Assembly (NCBI GenBank): GCA_002471575.1
Contig: DKQG01000046.1
Location: 20,043 to 84,042, forward strand
Length of the DNA: 64,000 nucleotides
Source of the DNA: Alphaproteobacteria bacterium UBA7314
GTDB taxonomy: Bacteria > Pseudomonadota > Alphaproteobacteria > MPNO01 > UBA830
Direction: 5' to 3'
Position 1 is the first letter of the stretch. Every line of letters begins with the position of its first letter. Positions 53,671-62,705 of this stretch are shown in pieces. The position numbers and the translations under genes are program-made. A model generated the notes under the pieces. That model had not been told where the DNA came from. It did not search any database and saw only the letters and a program-made list of their open reading frames with translations.

Positions 53671-55404
53671 CTATTTATCCTTGTCTTTCACCTGGGACGC
53701 GTCTTCGAGCTTGTCCCACGTCAGGTTTTCGTCGACATCGTCGCCCGCCCCCGGATTGCCCATGTCGAGTGTCCGGATTTCGGTGTTGATAGGCACATCG
53801 CCGCGGCGGCGCTGGGCAATGATCTGACCGGTCGTCCAGTATTCGCTTTTAACGGCTCGGCGCGCCATCGCCTCCAGTCCCGTGTTCCATTCGCCCATGT
53901 CGTAGCCGAACCATGGCGCTTTCGGTTTCAGCTTCGGCAGGCCCAGCTCTTCCCAAATTTCCTTGGCCTTTTCCATGAACTCGCGCTTGGGCAGCGACAC
54001 CGGCGGGAAAGTTTCCTTTAGCGTCGCATCGATCAGCACTGCACTGTCCTCGGAATCGAGCAGGCTTCGCGGACCGTGACCCTCGTGTTTATGTTTCAGG
54101 ATCTCGACATCGTTGTGCGGTTTGCAGCGATACGACATAGCCCAGAACACTGCATCGGTATCGTCCGGGTCTATATCTTCGTTCACGCAGATGATCCACT
54201 TGCCCTCGGCCTGCCGCAACGACGCAACTCCGTACATTGCACGCCAGATCTCGGTACGCGGAACACCCCGCTCCACCACGACGATGATCAGTTTGTGCAG
54301 TGACGTCAGAGGTTCGTGGGTCGAGACGTGCTTGATGCCCTTTATGCCGAGATGGTCACGCAGATGCTCGATCTGCCGGGCTTCGTAGGCCGGTCGTTTG
54401 ATCGTTCCGGATTCCGAGGGCGTCACCTGACTGACCCAAGACGTCATGATCGATTTTTTGCGCCGGGTAATCGCCGTGATGTCTATATACGCGTTGTATT
54501 CCTGCAGGTTCACATGGCCGTGGGACTCACCGAACGGCGCCTCCGGTTCGAGCAATTCGGTAGACACGAACCCCTCGATCACGATTTCCGATTCGGCAGG
54601 GACGATCAGATCGACCGTCTTACACCTAGTCACGTTGAGCGGCGCGCCTGCAAGACCACCCGAAACCGCTAGTTCATCCAGTTTTTCCGGCACTTTCTGC
54701 ACCGCCGTAAATGACACCACGGGTGGCGCGCCAATTACGACGGCAACCGGCATCGGCTTGCCGAGTTTCTTCCATTCTAGCCAGTGCATGTAACCGCCCG
54801 TGCGAAGTTCGGTCGAAGGGTTCATGCCAAGCCGCGTAGGCGCCTTCACCATACCGCGATAATTGCCCATGTTCTGGATACCGGTGTGCGGGTCCTTGGT
54901 GATGAAATGTGACGACGAAAAATATGGGGCATTGTCCCATCCCGGAGAAGAAATCGGCACCGGTATCGCATCGAGACCGTTGCCGTTCAGCAGGTCTTCG
55001 CCCTCGAACACCAGGTCGTGACAGGGCGCATCGCCGTCCGGGACCATATTCGGCTCCAGCGGGTTGTTGATGGCGTTGATCCAGGTGTTTTTGAGGTCTT
55101 TCAGATCGCAACGCATGCCGAGCTGATAGATTTTCTGATTACCTGCAAGACCACAGACCAGAACCGGAATATCGTATTTTCGGCCCTTCGAGTCGGTAAT
55201 GTTCGTGAATAGAAACGCTTTGCGGTCCTCTTCATCAATGCCGCCGCGGAACTGCCAGCGCACCAGCGGGTGCATCTCCGTATCCTTGTTGATCTCGCGG
55301 TCTATTTCGATCAGCAGGCCTTTTGCTCGCAACTCCTCGATATGTTCATGTAGATCGGTGTATCCCCGCTCATCGACCGTCATATATCCCGTCGTAGTTG
55401 CCAT
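53671..55404 (-). CDS. UbiD family decarboxylase, paralog 2, with C-terminal tail
   Basis: 577 aa. It has the same motif set (INKDTEMHPLVRWQFRGG, GIQNMGNYRG, EAPFGESHGHVN) and the longest tail, ending in an acidic/lysine-rich stretch. Confidence 0.9.
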   Translation of the reverse strand: MATTTGYMTVDERGYTDLHEHIEELRAKGLLIEIDREINKDTEMHPLVRWQFRGGIDEEDRKAFLFTNITDSKGRKYDIPVLVCGLAGNQKIYQLGMRCDLKDLKNTWINAINNPLEPNMVPDGDAPCHDLVFEGEDLLNGNGLDAIPVPISSPGWDNAPYFSSSHFITKDPHTGIQNMGNYRGMVKAPTRLGMNPSTELRTGGYMHWLEWKKLGKPMPVAVVIGAPPVVSFTAVQKVPEKLDELAVSGGLAGAPLNVTRCKTVDLIVPAESEIVIEGFVSTELLEPEAPFGESHGHVNLQEYNAYIDITAITRRKKSIMTSWVSQVTPSESGTIKRPAYEARQIEHLRDHLGIKGIKHVSTHEPLTSLHKLIIVVVERGVPRTEIWRAMYGVASLRQAEGKWIICVNEDIDPDDTDAVFWAMSYRCKPHNDVEILKHKHEGHGPRSLLDSEDSAVLIDATLKETFPPVSLPKREFMEKAKEIWEELGLPKLKPKAPWFGYDMGEWNTGLEAMARRAVKSEYWTTGQIIAQRRRGDVPINTEIRTLDMGNPGAGDDVDENLTWDKLEDASQVKDKDK

Positions 55405-55437
55405 ATCCCTACTCTCCCGTCGGTTTTCTCTACGATC

Positions 55438-57111
55438 TTAGGTCTGGTCTTCATCCCAGCCCGGTACGGACCGGACATGGGTATTCGGTTTAACGCCGGC
55501 GCGGCGGCGTTGGGCGCTGCGCTTGCCGTTTTCAAGATACTCGCCCTGCGCCGCGCGCTCGGCCAGGGCATCCCACTCGTCGCTCCAGTCACCGAGCGAG
55601 TAACCGTGCCATGGGCTTTCCGGATTGAGTGCCGGTAAACCGAGATCATCCCACAGCTCTCTTGCGCGCTCCATATATTCGCGTTTAGGCAAGGCCAGAG
55701 GCGGCATTTCACGTTTCAGGGTCGCATCGATCAACAGCGTGGAGTCTTCGGGCCGCGCACCATCCTTGTCTTTGGGTCCGTGACCGGCATCCCGATGACG
55801 GAGGATTTCGACATCCTTGTCCGGATCGGCACGATAGCCAAGTGACCAGAATACAGCATCACCATTATCAGGATCGATGTCCTCGTTCACCGCAATCACG
55901 TATTTTCCGCAATCTGCCCGCAGGCTGGTCGCCCCGTATAGTGCGCGCCATACTTCTGTCCGTGGAGTACCCGGCTCCATCTGTAGAAATATCACCCGAC
56001 GGATGTTGGTCAGCGGTTCATGCAGAAAGACCCGTTTCACGCCCTTTATCCCAAGCTGATCCTGCAGATGAGCGAGGAACATAGGTTCGTACGCAACGCG
56101 TTTGATCACCGAAGATTCCGACGGTGTCACCTGGCTGATAATCGACGAAAGGACGGCATCGGTTTTCCGCGTGATCGCAGACACCTCGAAGATCATGTTG
56201 AAATCCTCGAGCGAAATATGCCCGTGAGACTCCCCAAATGGGGCTTCCGGTTCGAGGCACTCCGTATCGACAAAGCCTTCGATGATGATTTCCGAGTCCG
56301 CAGGCACCATCAGGTCGGATGTCCGACACTTCACGATAGGGATCGGCGCTCCGGCAAGCGCCCCCGCAATCGTTAGTTCGTCGACGTCGCGCCGGATTTT
56401 CTGAGGTCCGGTATATGCAACGGCCGGCGGGGACCCAAGGACAACTACGCATGGCATCTTTTCGCCGCGCTTCTTGTATTTCTCCCAGTGAAGGTAGCCG
56501 CCGGCACCGCCTTCGCGCGCCGACATACGGACGGCCATGCGGTTCGATGCCTTTAGCCCGGCTCGGTAGGTGCCCATGTTCTGGATACCCGTGTCCGGAT
56601 CGGCGGTAATGAACAGCCCGGCCGTCAGGTACGGCGCGCTGTCGAAACCCGGGGTTGAAATGGGCACAGGCAGCGCGTCCAGTCCGTTTCCTTCACCTAC
56701 CAGATCCTTACCAGTCATCACGACTTCTTGACAGGGCGCATTCGACACCGTCACCGGATCGACCGGGTTGTTTACCGCATTCGCCCAGTGCGGACCGATT
56801 TCATCCAACGGCACGCCGATGCCGGTGCGATAAACTTCCCGGTTTGCGGCAAGGGCGCCGACCACTACGGGCATATCGTATTTCCGCCCCCGGCTATCAT
56901 GAACATTCGTAAACAGAAAGGCCTTACGCCCTGCGTCAGGTATGCCGCCACGATACTGCCAGCGCACCAGGGGATGGAGCTCAGTATCCTTGTTGACTGG
57001 TTTTTCGATGCGAAGCAGAAGCCCGGCTTCGTCGAGCGCTGAAAGATGCTCCTGCAGATCGCGATAACACGCAACGTCGGTCTTACTGGGTGATGTCGCG
57101 CGGGTCACCAT
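55438..57111 (-). CDS. UbiD family decarboxylase, paralog 3, with C-terminal tail
   Basis: The start is taken at MVTRATSP (57111). Motifs VNKDTELHPLVRWQYRGG, GIQNMGTYRA and EAPFGESHGHIS are present. Confidence 0.9.
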   Translation of the reverse strand: MVTRATSPSKTDVACYRDLQEHLSALDEAGLLLRIEKPVNKDTELHPLVRWQYRGGIPDAGRKAFLFTNVHDSRGRKYDMPVVVGALAANREVYRTGIGVPLDEIGPHWANAVNNPVDPVTVSNAPCQEVVMTGKDLVGEGNGLDALPVPISTPGFDSAPYLTAGLFITADPDTGIQNMGTYRAGLKASNRMAVRMSAREGGAGGYLHWEKYKKRGEKMPCVVVLGSPPAVAYTGPQKIRRDVDELTIAGALAGAPIPIVKCRTSDLMVPADSEIIIEGFVDTECLEPEAPFGESHGHISLEDFNMIFEVSAITRKTDAVLSSIISQVTPSESSVIKRVAYEPMFLAHLQDQLGIKGVKRVFLHEPLTNIRRVIFLQMEPGTPRTEVWRALYGATSLRADCGKYVIAVNEDIDPDNGDAVFWSLGYRADPDKDVEILRHRDAGHGPKDKDGARPEDSTLLIDATLKREMPPLALPKREYMERARELWDDLGLPALNPESPWHGYSLGDWSDEWDALAERAAQGEYLENGKRSAQRRRAGVKPNTHVRSVPGWDEDQT

Positions 57112-57138
57112 AATCACACCGCCTTTTTGGGAATACCG

Positions 57139-57157
57139 GCGGTCAATCGTTGACCGC
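57139..57157. promoter_or_regulatory. Perfect 19-bp palindrome GCGGTCAA-TCG-TTGACCGC between the TetR gene and ubiD-3 (operator candidate)
   Basis: It has 8-bp perfect arms, lies 28-46 nt upstream of the ubiD-3 ATG and contains a TTGACC (-35-like) hexamer on both strands. Confidence 0.5.
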
Positions 57158-57224
57158 AATTTAATACTACGCCCTTGGCATACACGGTTCAATACGCCAC
57201 CGTATGGGAGCTAATATGCTGATA

Positions 57225-57812
57225 TTATTTGTTAATACCGGCTGACAGAAGTAGGTGATACTCGTGGGCGCGGTCAATCCGTTCCTCCAGCGGTAATCCG
57301 CCATTGCGCAGGAACTCGCCGGTCATGATCGCCTGATAAACCTGCCCGCGCACCCGCGCTTCTTCTCGCGAAAAACCGATTTCTTCCAGCCGCTGCATCA
57401 AAAATGCCAGTCGCTGTGCATCCCGCTCGTCGATGCGGCGCGCTATCTCCGGGTCCTTGTGCGACAAAAGTCGCAGGGATACCGTTTGCCCGCGTGTCGT
57501 CCGGCGGATGACGCTTTCGAAAAGTGCCCAAATCCGCTCCTCCGCATTCCCGTCTCCGTCAATATCCGGCGACATCTGATCGTCCCAGATCGAAAACCAG
57601 AGATCGAGCAACACATCCAGCAACTCCTGGCGGTCGCGAAAGTGCCAGTAAAAGCTTCCCTTAGTCACGCCCAGGCGCCTTGCGAGGGGTTCCACCCTGA
57701 CGCCGTCCAGCCCGGCGTCGCCCAGCATTTCCCATGCACCAGTGATCCAGTCTTCCCGAGTCAGACAGTCATTTGTCCGCCCTACTGAGGTTGTTTCAGT
57801 GGTTTCCGCCAT
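57225..57812 (-). CDS. TetR family transcriptional regulator
   Basis: The start is taken at MAETTETT (57812). The HTH block LDGVRVEPLARRLGVTKGSFYWHFRDRQELL is present. Confidence 0.85.
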   Translation of the reverse strand: MAETTETTSVGRTNDCLTREDWITGAWEMLGDAGLDGVRVEPLARRLGVTKGSFYWHFRDRQELLDVLLDLWFSIWDDQMSPDIDGDGNAEERIWALFESVIRRTTRGQTVSLRLLSHKDPEIARRIDERDAQRLAFLMQRLEEIGFSREEARVRGQVYQAIMTGEFLRNGGLPLEERIDRAHEYHLLLSAGINK

Positions 57813-57971
57813 TGTTATATTTCTCCACGCGAAATGATTGCCGCCAAAACAGGCTGAGGGCAAGCCGCAATAATCTGCAGGAACGAAATTATCGCCCCCT
57901 CTTTCCAAGTCGATGAAGCTTGCATAGTCTTTTGGAGCGTATGACTGACAGGACAAAAAAGGGAGGAACCA

Positions 57972-59003
57972 ATGTCCAAGCGTACCAAACTCACTTTTTC
58001 AATATTGCCCGCAGTCGCGGTGCTCGGGCTCACCGCACCGGCTGTCGCCGACGGCCACGGAAAAGTGGCCGACTTCTACAAAGGAAAAACGGTTACTGTT
58101 ATGGTCCCGTCGGGCCTTGGTGCCACACTGGGTCTGTATGGCCGGTTGACCACCGAGCACCTAGGCAAACACATTCCGGGTAACCCAAACGTCATTATCC
58201 AGTCGCGTCCAGGTGGCGGCGGAACGAAGGGCGCAGCCTATGCCTATAATGCCGCGCCGAAGGACGGCACGTATATCGCGGAAGCGCTGGCACCGTCGGT
58301 TCTGGCTCCGCTGCTCCGGACGATGAAGTTCGATGCGTCCAAATTCCAGTGGCTGGGATCGATCGCGCCGCGCCCGGCAGTTATATCTGTCTGGCACAAG
58401 GCGCCGGTAAGCGATCTCGCCTCAGCCAGGCAACGCGAAGCGATCATGGGCTCGACCGGTCTCGGTTCCGAAACCTATCTTGCCCCCACCCTCCTGAACC
58501 ATATCGCCGGAACAAAATTCAAAATTGTCAAAGGCTACAAGGGTGGTGCAAAGATCAACAAGGCGATGGAAGGCGGCGAAGTCCACGGCCGGATGAATTA
58601 CTGGTCGGGCTGGACCGCAGGCAAACCCGCATGGGTAAGCGGCGGTAAGCTTCGCCATATCGTCAGCTACGGCGGCCAGATCCCGGCGCTGCCGAACCTG
58701 CCAAAAATGGGCGATCTCGCTAAAACGGCGGAACAGAAAGCCATGGTGAAATTCCTCGAAGTCGCGCCGCGGATCGGCATGGGCTTCTGGGTTCACCCAG
58801 AAGTTCCGAAGGCGCGCGTCGCGGCGCTGCGGCAGGCTTTCATGTCGATGCTGAATTCGCCGGAATTCCGGGCCGACGCTAAGAAACGCAAAGCGCCGGT
58901 CAACCCGGTACCGGGTAAAGAGCTCGACAAGCTGGTGGCGGAAGCCTACGCAACCCCGCCCGCGACAATCGCCAAACTGAAAAAGGTATTTGGCTTCAAG
59001 TAA
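57972..59003 (+). CDS. tctC: Tripartite tricarboxylate transporter (TTT) substrate-binding protein (TctC/Bug superfamily, divergent subgroup)
   Basis: It has a signal peptide (..LGLTAPAVADG). Blocks GKTVTVMVPSGLGATLGLYGR, IPGNPNVIIQSRPGGGG and AAPKDGT fit the family as I remember it. It lies next to a tctA gene. Confidence 0.75.
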   Translation: MSKRTKLTFSILPAVAVLGLTAPAVADGHGKVADFYKGKTVTVMVPSGLGATLGLYGRLTTEHLGKHIPGNPNVIIQSRPGGGGTKGAAYAYNAAPKDGTYIAEALAPSVLAPLLRTMKFDASKFQWLGSIAPRPAVISVWHKAPVSDLASARQREAIMGSTGLGSETYLAPTLLNHIAGTKFKIVKGYKGGAKINKAMEGGEVHGRMNYWSGWTAGKPAWVSGGKLRHIVSYGGQIPALPNLPKMGDLAKTAEQKAMVKFLEVAPRIGMGFWVHPEVPKARVAALRQAFMSMLNSPEFRADAKKRKAPVNPVPGKELDKLVAEAYATPPATIAKLKKVFGFK

Positions 59004-59027
59004 GGAGGACAAAACCCTAAACGACAA

Positions 59028-59060
59028 CACCCCGGAGCCGACGCTCCGGGGTGTTTTTTT
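59028..59060. terminator. Bidirectional rho-independent terminator between convergent tctC and tctA-B
   Basis: CACCCCGGAGC-CGAC-GCTCCGGGGTG has a perfect 11-bp stem followed by T7. Confidence 0.85.
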
Positions 59061-59079
59061 GTCTACACCTGATGGGCAC

Positions 59080-61215
59080 CTAGAACATGTTTGCCCATGG
59101 GACGGACCGCAGATGCGGGAATAGGTCCCCAACCAATGCCTGCGGCCACGGTATGACGAGAAGTTTGTGGAAAAGAAAATACGAAAGAAGCCATATAGAC
59201 GTTGCAACAGCCAGCGTCGTACCCCAGCCTTCCTTTCCTTCGAACCGCATATACCCAACAAGGAACACGAACATTGCGGGCAGCAATCCGATCACCGCAG
59301 ATGCGCCGAAGAAGAAGAGCAGCCAGGCAAAATAAGTTATAACCCGCTTGGTAACTTCTGCCCCTGGCAGATCGCCGTAGTCGGCACTGATGTCAAAGTG
59401 GACGTCACTTTGCGCCGGAGCGCCGCCCTCGCCGCGGCCAGGCACACCCTCCTCGTCCACAGGAGCAGCTTCGCCCGGTGCGATGAACAATGCCGATAGG
59501 ATCAACCAGCCGATAAATATCATCGCCGCGACGGAAACCACCTGCGGGATAAGACGTGCGCCGAACTCCCACGTGGACGCGATACCGAATGCGGCCGCAA
59601 ACAACGCAAACAAAATAATCGCGAAGTAGAAATCGGGATTTAGCGCATCCCTCTGAAACCCAAATCTGCTGGCCGCCTGGGTCGTTTTCGCACGCGCGCG
59701 GTAGCCCCGGATTATAGGCGCTAGAACACCGTAAAGGGTGACCGCAAAAATAATCGGAACGTAAGGCGCGAAGACGACATTTCCGTCTCCGAAGTCACGC
59801 CAGATCCATAACCAGTCGGCACCGTACCGTTCCGTCGAGATAAACATGTAGCGTTCGACCAGACCACCAAGCACGAAGCCAAGGATCAGTGGCGGCCGCG
59901 GCCAGCGCAGACGTTTCATGATCCAGCCGATCAGACCGAAGATCAGCAGTGCATAGATATCGCCCCACTGGCGCGATCCCTGAAACGCGCCGACATAGGT
60001 TACGGCCAGAACAACCGGCGCAAGTATTCCGATCCGGATCAACGCAACCTTGGCCAGCTGGTTAGCGAACGTGAAGCAAATGCCGGCGCCGAGAATGTTG
60101 GCAATCGCCACCGACCACACCAGAGTGTAGGTCACATCCAGGTTCTTGGTCAGCATTTCCGGCCCCGGGACCAGCCCGTGGATCAGAAACGCGCCCAGGA
60201 TAAGCGCCATCGACGCCGAACCAGGCACGCCGAACGCAATGGTGGGCACCAGAGCGCCGCCTTCCTTCGCGTTGTTGGAGGATTCCGAGGCGATGACCCC
60301 GCGAACATCGCCCTTACCGAACGTCTCGGCAGCGCCCTTTTCGGAACGCGCCGCATGTCCATAGGCAATCCAGTCGATGACGGACGCCCCGATTCCCGGT
60401 ACAGCGCCGAGCGACGAGCCGATAGATGAGCATCTTATGACTAGAAACCAGTTTCTGAGCGTGTCCTTAATGCCGTCAATCTGTCCGAACCGCGCGTCCT
60501 GTTTTTCACCCGCTTTGACGTTGATCGATTGCTTGGTAATCGCCATGTCCGCGAGTTCTGGAATGGCGAAAAGGCCAAGTGCCAGTGGCACAACTGGCAG
60601 TCCATCCCACAGGTAAAGGGAATCGAACGTCCATCGAAGCGTCCCTGTCTGGGGATCGTCACCTGCGGTCGCCACCATAAGACCGATACACGCACCCGCG
60701 AGCCCTTTCAGCGGCGATCCGCCCGACAGAACCGCGACCAGCGACAGACCGAATACGCAAATCGCGAGCAATTCCGGTGACCCTATCTGCAGCACGATCG
60801 GCCGCAAAACAGGGACACTGACGCCAAGCAGTAACGCACCGAACAAACCGCCGATAACCGACGCCGAAAAAGCGGCACCGAAGGCCCGCCCCGCTTCACC
60901 CTTTCGCGCCATGGGATAGCCGTCCAGAATCGTTGCCGCCGACCCAACGGTCCCAGGCACCCCGAACAGGACTGCTGGTATCGTATCGGAGGTCACCACC
61001 ACGGCCTGAAGACCCATCATGAACGCCAGAGCTGTGAACGGATCCATGTTGAACGTAAACGGCAACAACAGCGACAAGCCCACAAGACCACCGAGACCGG
61101 GGATCACGCCGAGGACGAGACCTATCAAAACACCGAAGGAGAGAAATCCGAGCCTTTCTAGGCTCGCCATGTTCTGGAACGCCTCAATGGCGCTACCCAG
61201 CATATCAACTTCCAT
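59080..61215 (-). CDS. tctA: TTT large permease TctA fused to a C-terminal TctB-like four-helix domain
   Basis: 711 aa. Residues 1 to about 510 carry TctA blocks (GVIPGLGG, VLFGVPG, DGYPMARKGEAGRA, GAVPGIGASV). Residues from about 515 to 711 add four more hydrophobic helices and a TctB-like end. Confidence 0.85.
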   Translation of the reverse strand: MEVDMLGSAIEAFQNMASLERLGFLSFGVLIGLVLGVIPGLGGLVGLSLLLPFTFNMDPFTALAFMMGLQAVVVTSDTIPAVLFGVPGTVGSAATILDGYPMARKGEAGRAFGAAFSASVIGGLFGALLLGVSVPVLRPIVLQIGSPELLAICVFGLSLVAVLSGGSPLKGLAGACIGLMVATAGDDPQTGTLRWTFDSLYLWDGLPVVPLALGLFAIPELADMAITKQSINVKAGEKQDARFGQIDGIKDTLRNWFLVIRCSSIGSSLGAVPGIGASVIDWIAYGHAARSEKGAAETFGKGDVRGVIASESSNNAKEGGALVPTIAFGVPGSASMALILGAFLIHGLVPGPEMLTKNLDVTYTLVWSVAIANILGAGICFTFANQLAKVALIRIGILAPVVLAVTYVGAFQGSRQWGDIYALLIFGLIGWIMKRLRWPRPPLILGFVLGGLVERYMFISTERYGADWLWIWRDFGDGNVVFAPYVPIIFAVTLYGVLAPIIRGYRARAKTTQAASRFGFQRDALNPDFYFAIILFALFAAAFGIASTWEFGARLIPQVVSVAAMIFIGWLILSALFIAPGEAAPVDEEGVPGRGEGGAPAQSDVHFDISADYGDLPGAEVTKRVITYFAWLLFFFGASAVIGLLPAMFVFLVGYMRFEGKEGWGTTLAVATSIWLLSYFLFHKLLVIPWPQALVGDLFPHLRSVPWANMF

Positions 61216-61339
61216 CTCGCACTCCCTTTGGGGCCCCGTTTTCCACGGCTTTACTTACATACGTCGGCGTATGTTAATTGGTATCAGACCGCTTCCACGT
61301 GTCAAGCAACCCGCAACACGCAGTCGCTCTGAATTCAGG

Positions 61340-62578
61340 TTATTCAGCCGCCACCGCTTCGTAACCCGGGTGACGCTCGCTGACATCGATCTTGAAAATC
61401 TTCTGCGCCGTCCGCCCAAGAATATTCCTTTTCGCATCTTCGTCGATGAAGGGCAGGTCCCAGACGACGGACGGGATATCCATATCCCAGTGCGGATAAT
61501 CTGATGACCACAAGAGTTGGGTTTCCGCATTCATCGCCCGGAACGTGGTCTCCAGCAGTTGGATATCGTCGGGCATCTCCATCGGCTGCGTTGTGTAATA
61601 CATGTCACGCATATAGTCGCTCGGTAGCTTCCTGAGAAGCGGGCACTCGGAAGAACGCATACGGTACTGCGTATCCAGCCGCTGCATGAGGAATGGAATC
61701 CACGAGATACCGGATTCGATCCACACAACTGGCAGATCGGGAAAACGCTCGTTCATCCCGTTCAAAACCCAGTTGGTGCAGTGAACGACATTGTACCAGG
61801 TAAAGCCCAACGCATGGACCGCGAGGAACCGGTTGCAGGTGCGGAACATTGGATCATCCCAGTTGAACCCGGAATGAAAGCCGATGGGCAACCCGCGTTC
61901 CTCGATGGCGCGGTAAATCTTCATATAGTCGTTATGATGGACGGGCCGGTGCCGAACCGACGTTACCATGAACCCAATCACGCCTGCGGCATCGCCGAAA
62001 TCCTCGACGATTTTCAGCGCCGCGTCGGGGTTGTTGAAAGGCAGATACAACATGGATTTCATTCGCGGGCTGCCGGGCAGAATTTTTTCGACAAGCCAGC
62101 GGTTGTAAGCGCGCGCGAGCGTGACCTCGACATCGGGTTGCGGATGCATGGCCAGACCGAGCATCGGGGTTGGAAACACGCAGGCGTAGTCGACGCCCAT
62201 CGCGTCCATCCAGCGGTGACTAAGATGCACGTCGCGGTGCGTGCCGTCGTCCGGCGTTTCCTCCAGACCGCGGAGTGGGTAGCGGGTGACGCGGCCGCCG
62301 ATATCCTGATAGCCCACGCGCCCCAGCGAAAACATAGACCCACGATGGGCAATCTGTTGGGCTGACCGCGCGAGTTGGCGCAGCACCGGATCCTCGATGA
62401 ATTCGACGATTTCCTTCATCGACTCCGTTTCGTAATGATGCGCATCGACATCGATGATCAGCATATCGTTGAATTTGCGCTGGTCTCGCTGGCGTGCCGC
62501 ATTCTGCATAAGCTTTTCGGTGTCGAATTCCTCGACGCTCATGCGGAAATAGCGCTCGTTCCCTGTGGGGAGTTCCAT
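61340..62578 (-). CDS. Amidohydrolase_2 family protein, copy C (diverged paralog of 34340..36824)
   Basis: 412 aa. Blocks IIDVDAHHYETE, HALGFT and WSSDYPHWDMD are present, and it has the same N-terminal EEFDTEKLMQNAARQRDQR extension as copies A and B. Confidence 0.85.
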   Translation of the reverse strand: MELPTGNERYFRMSVEEFDTEKLMQNAARQRDQRKFNDMLIIDVDAHHYETESMKEIVEFIEDPVLRQLARSAQQIAHRGSMFSLGRVGYQDIGGRVTRYPLRGLEETPDDGTHRDVHLSHRWMDAMGVDYACVFPTPMLGLAMHPQPDVEVTLARAYNRWLVEKILPGSPRMKSMLYLPFNNPDAALKIVEDFGDAAGVIGFMVTSVRHRPVHHNDYMKIYRAIEERGLPIGFHSGFNWDDPMFRTCNRFLAVHALGFTWYNVVHCTNWVLNGMNERFPDLPVVWIESGISWIPFLMQRLDTQYRMRSSECPLLRKLPSDYMRDMYYTTQPMEMPDDIQLLETTFRAMNAETQLLWSSDYPHWDMDIPSVVWDLPFIDEDAKRNILGRTAQKIFKIDVSERHPGYEAVAAE

Positions 62579-62705
62579 CGCCCCCGTCTCCCGAATCTAT
62601 ACTCAACCCTGTTATTGTAGCGTGAAACACGCGCGCCGCGAAAGGATTGGATTTCGCACGCGGCTGCCCCATAAAGGTCCTAACAGACATCTCTGGGAGC
62701 GCCCA

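Noticed and set aside
52680-53789. A 369-aa plus-strand ORF over the SDR gene and the ends of two UbiD genes. Other long shadow ORFs of the same kind are 11064..11735, 3998..4744, 22595..23254, 35817..36470, 58422..59261, 25427..25945 and 46035..46724.
   Set aside because: All of them overlap strongly supported genes on the other strand or in another frame. They have Arg/Pro/Gly-rich, motif-free translations.
57828-62657. A recurrent GCGAAA(T/G)GATTG-like motif: CGCGAAATGATTGCCGCC at 57828-57845, AACGAAATTATCGCCCC at 57882-57898, and the palindrome GCGAAA-N8-TTTCGC at 62638-62657.
   Set aside because: The arms are short and imperfect, and spacing differs between copies. I cannot distinguish this from chance without a genome-wide count. 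The perfect palindrome at 57139-57157 is a much better operator candidate for the local TetR.
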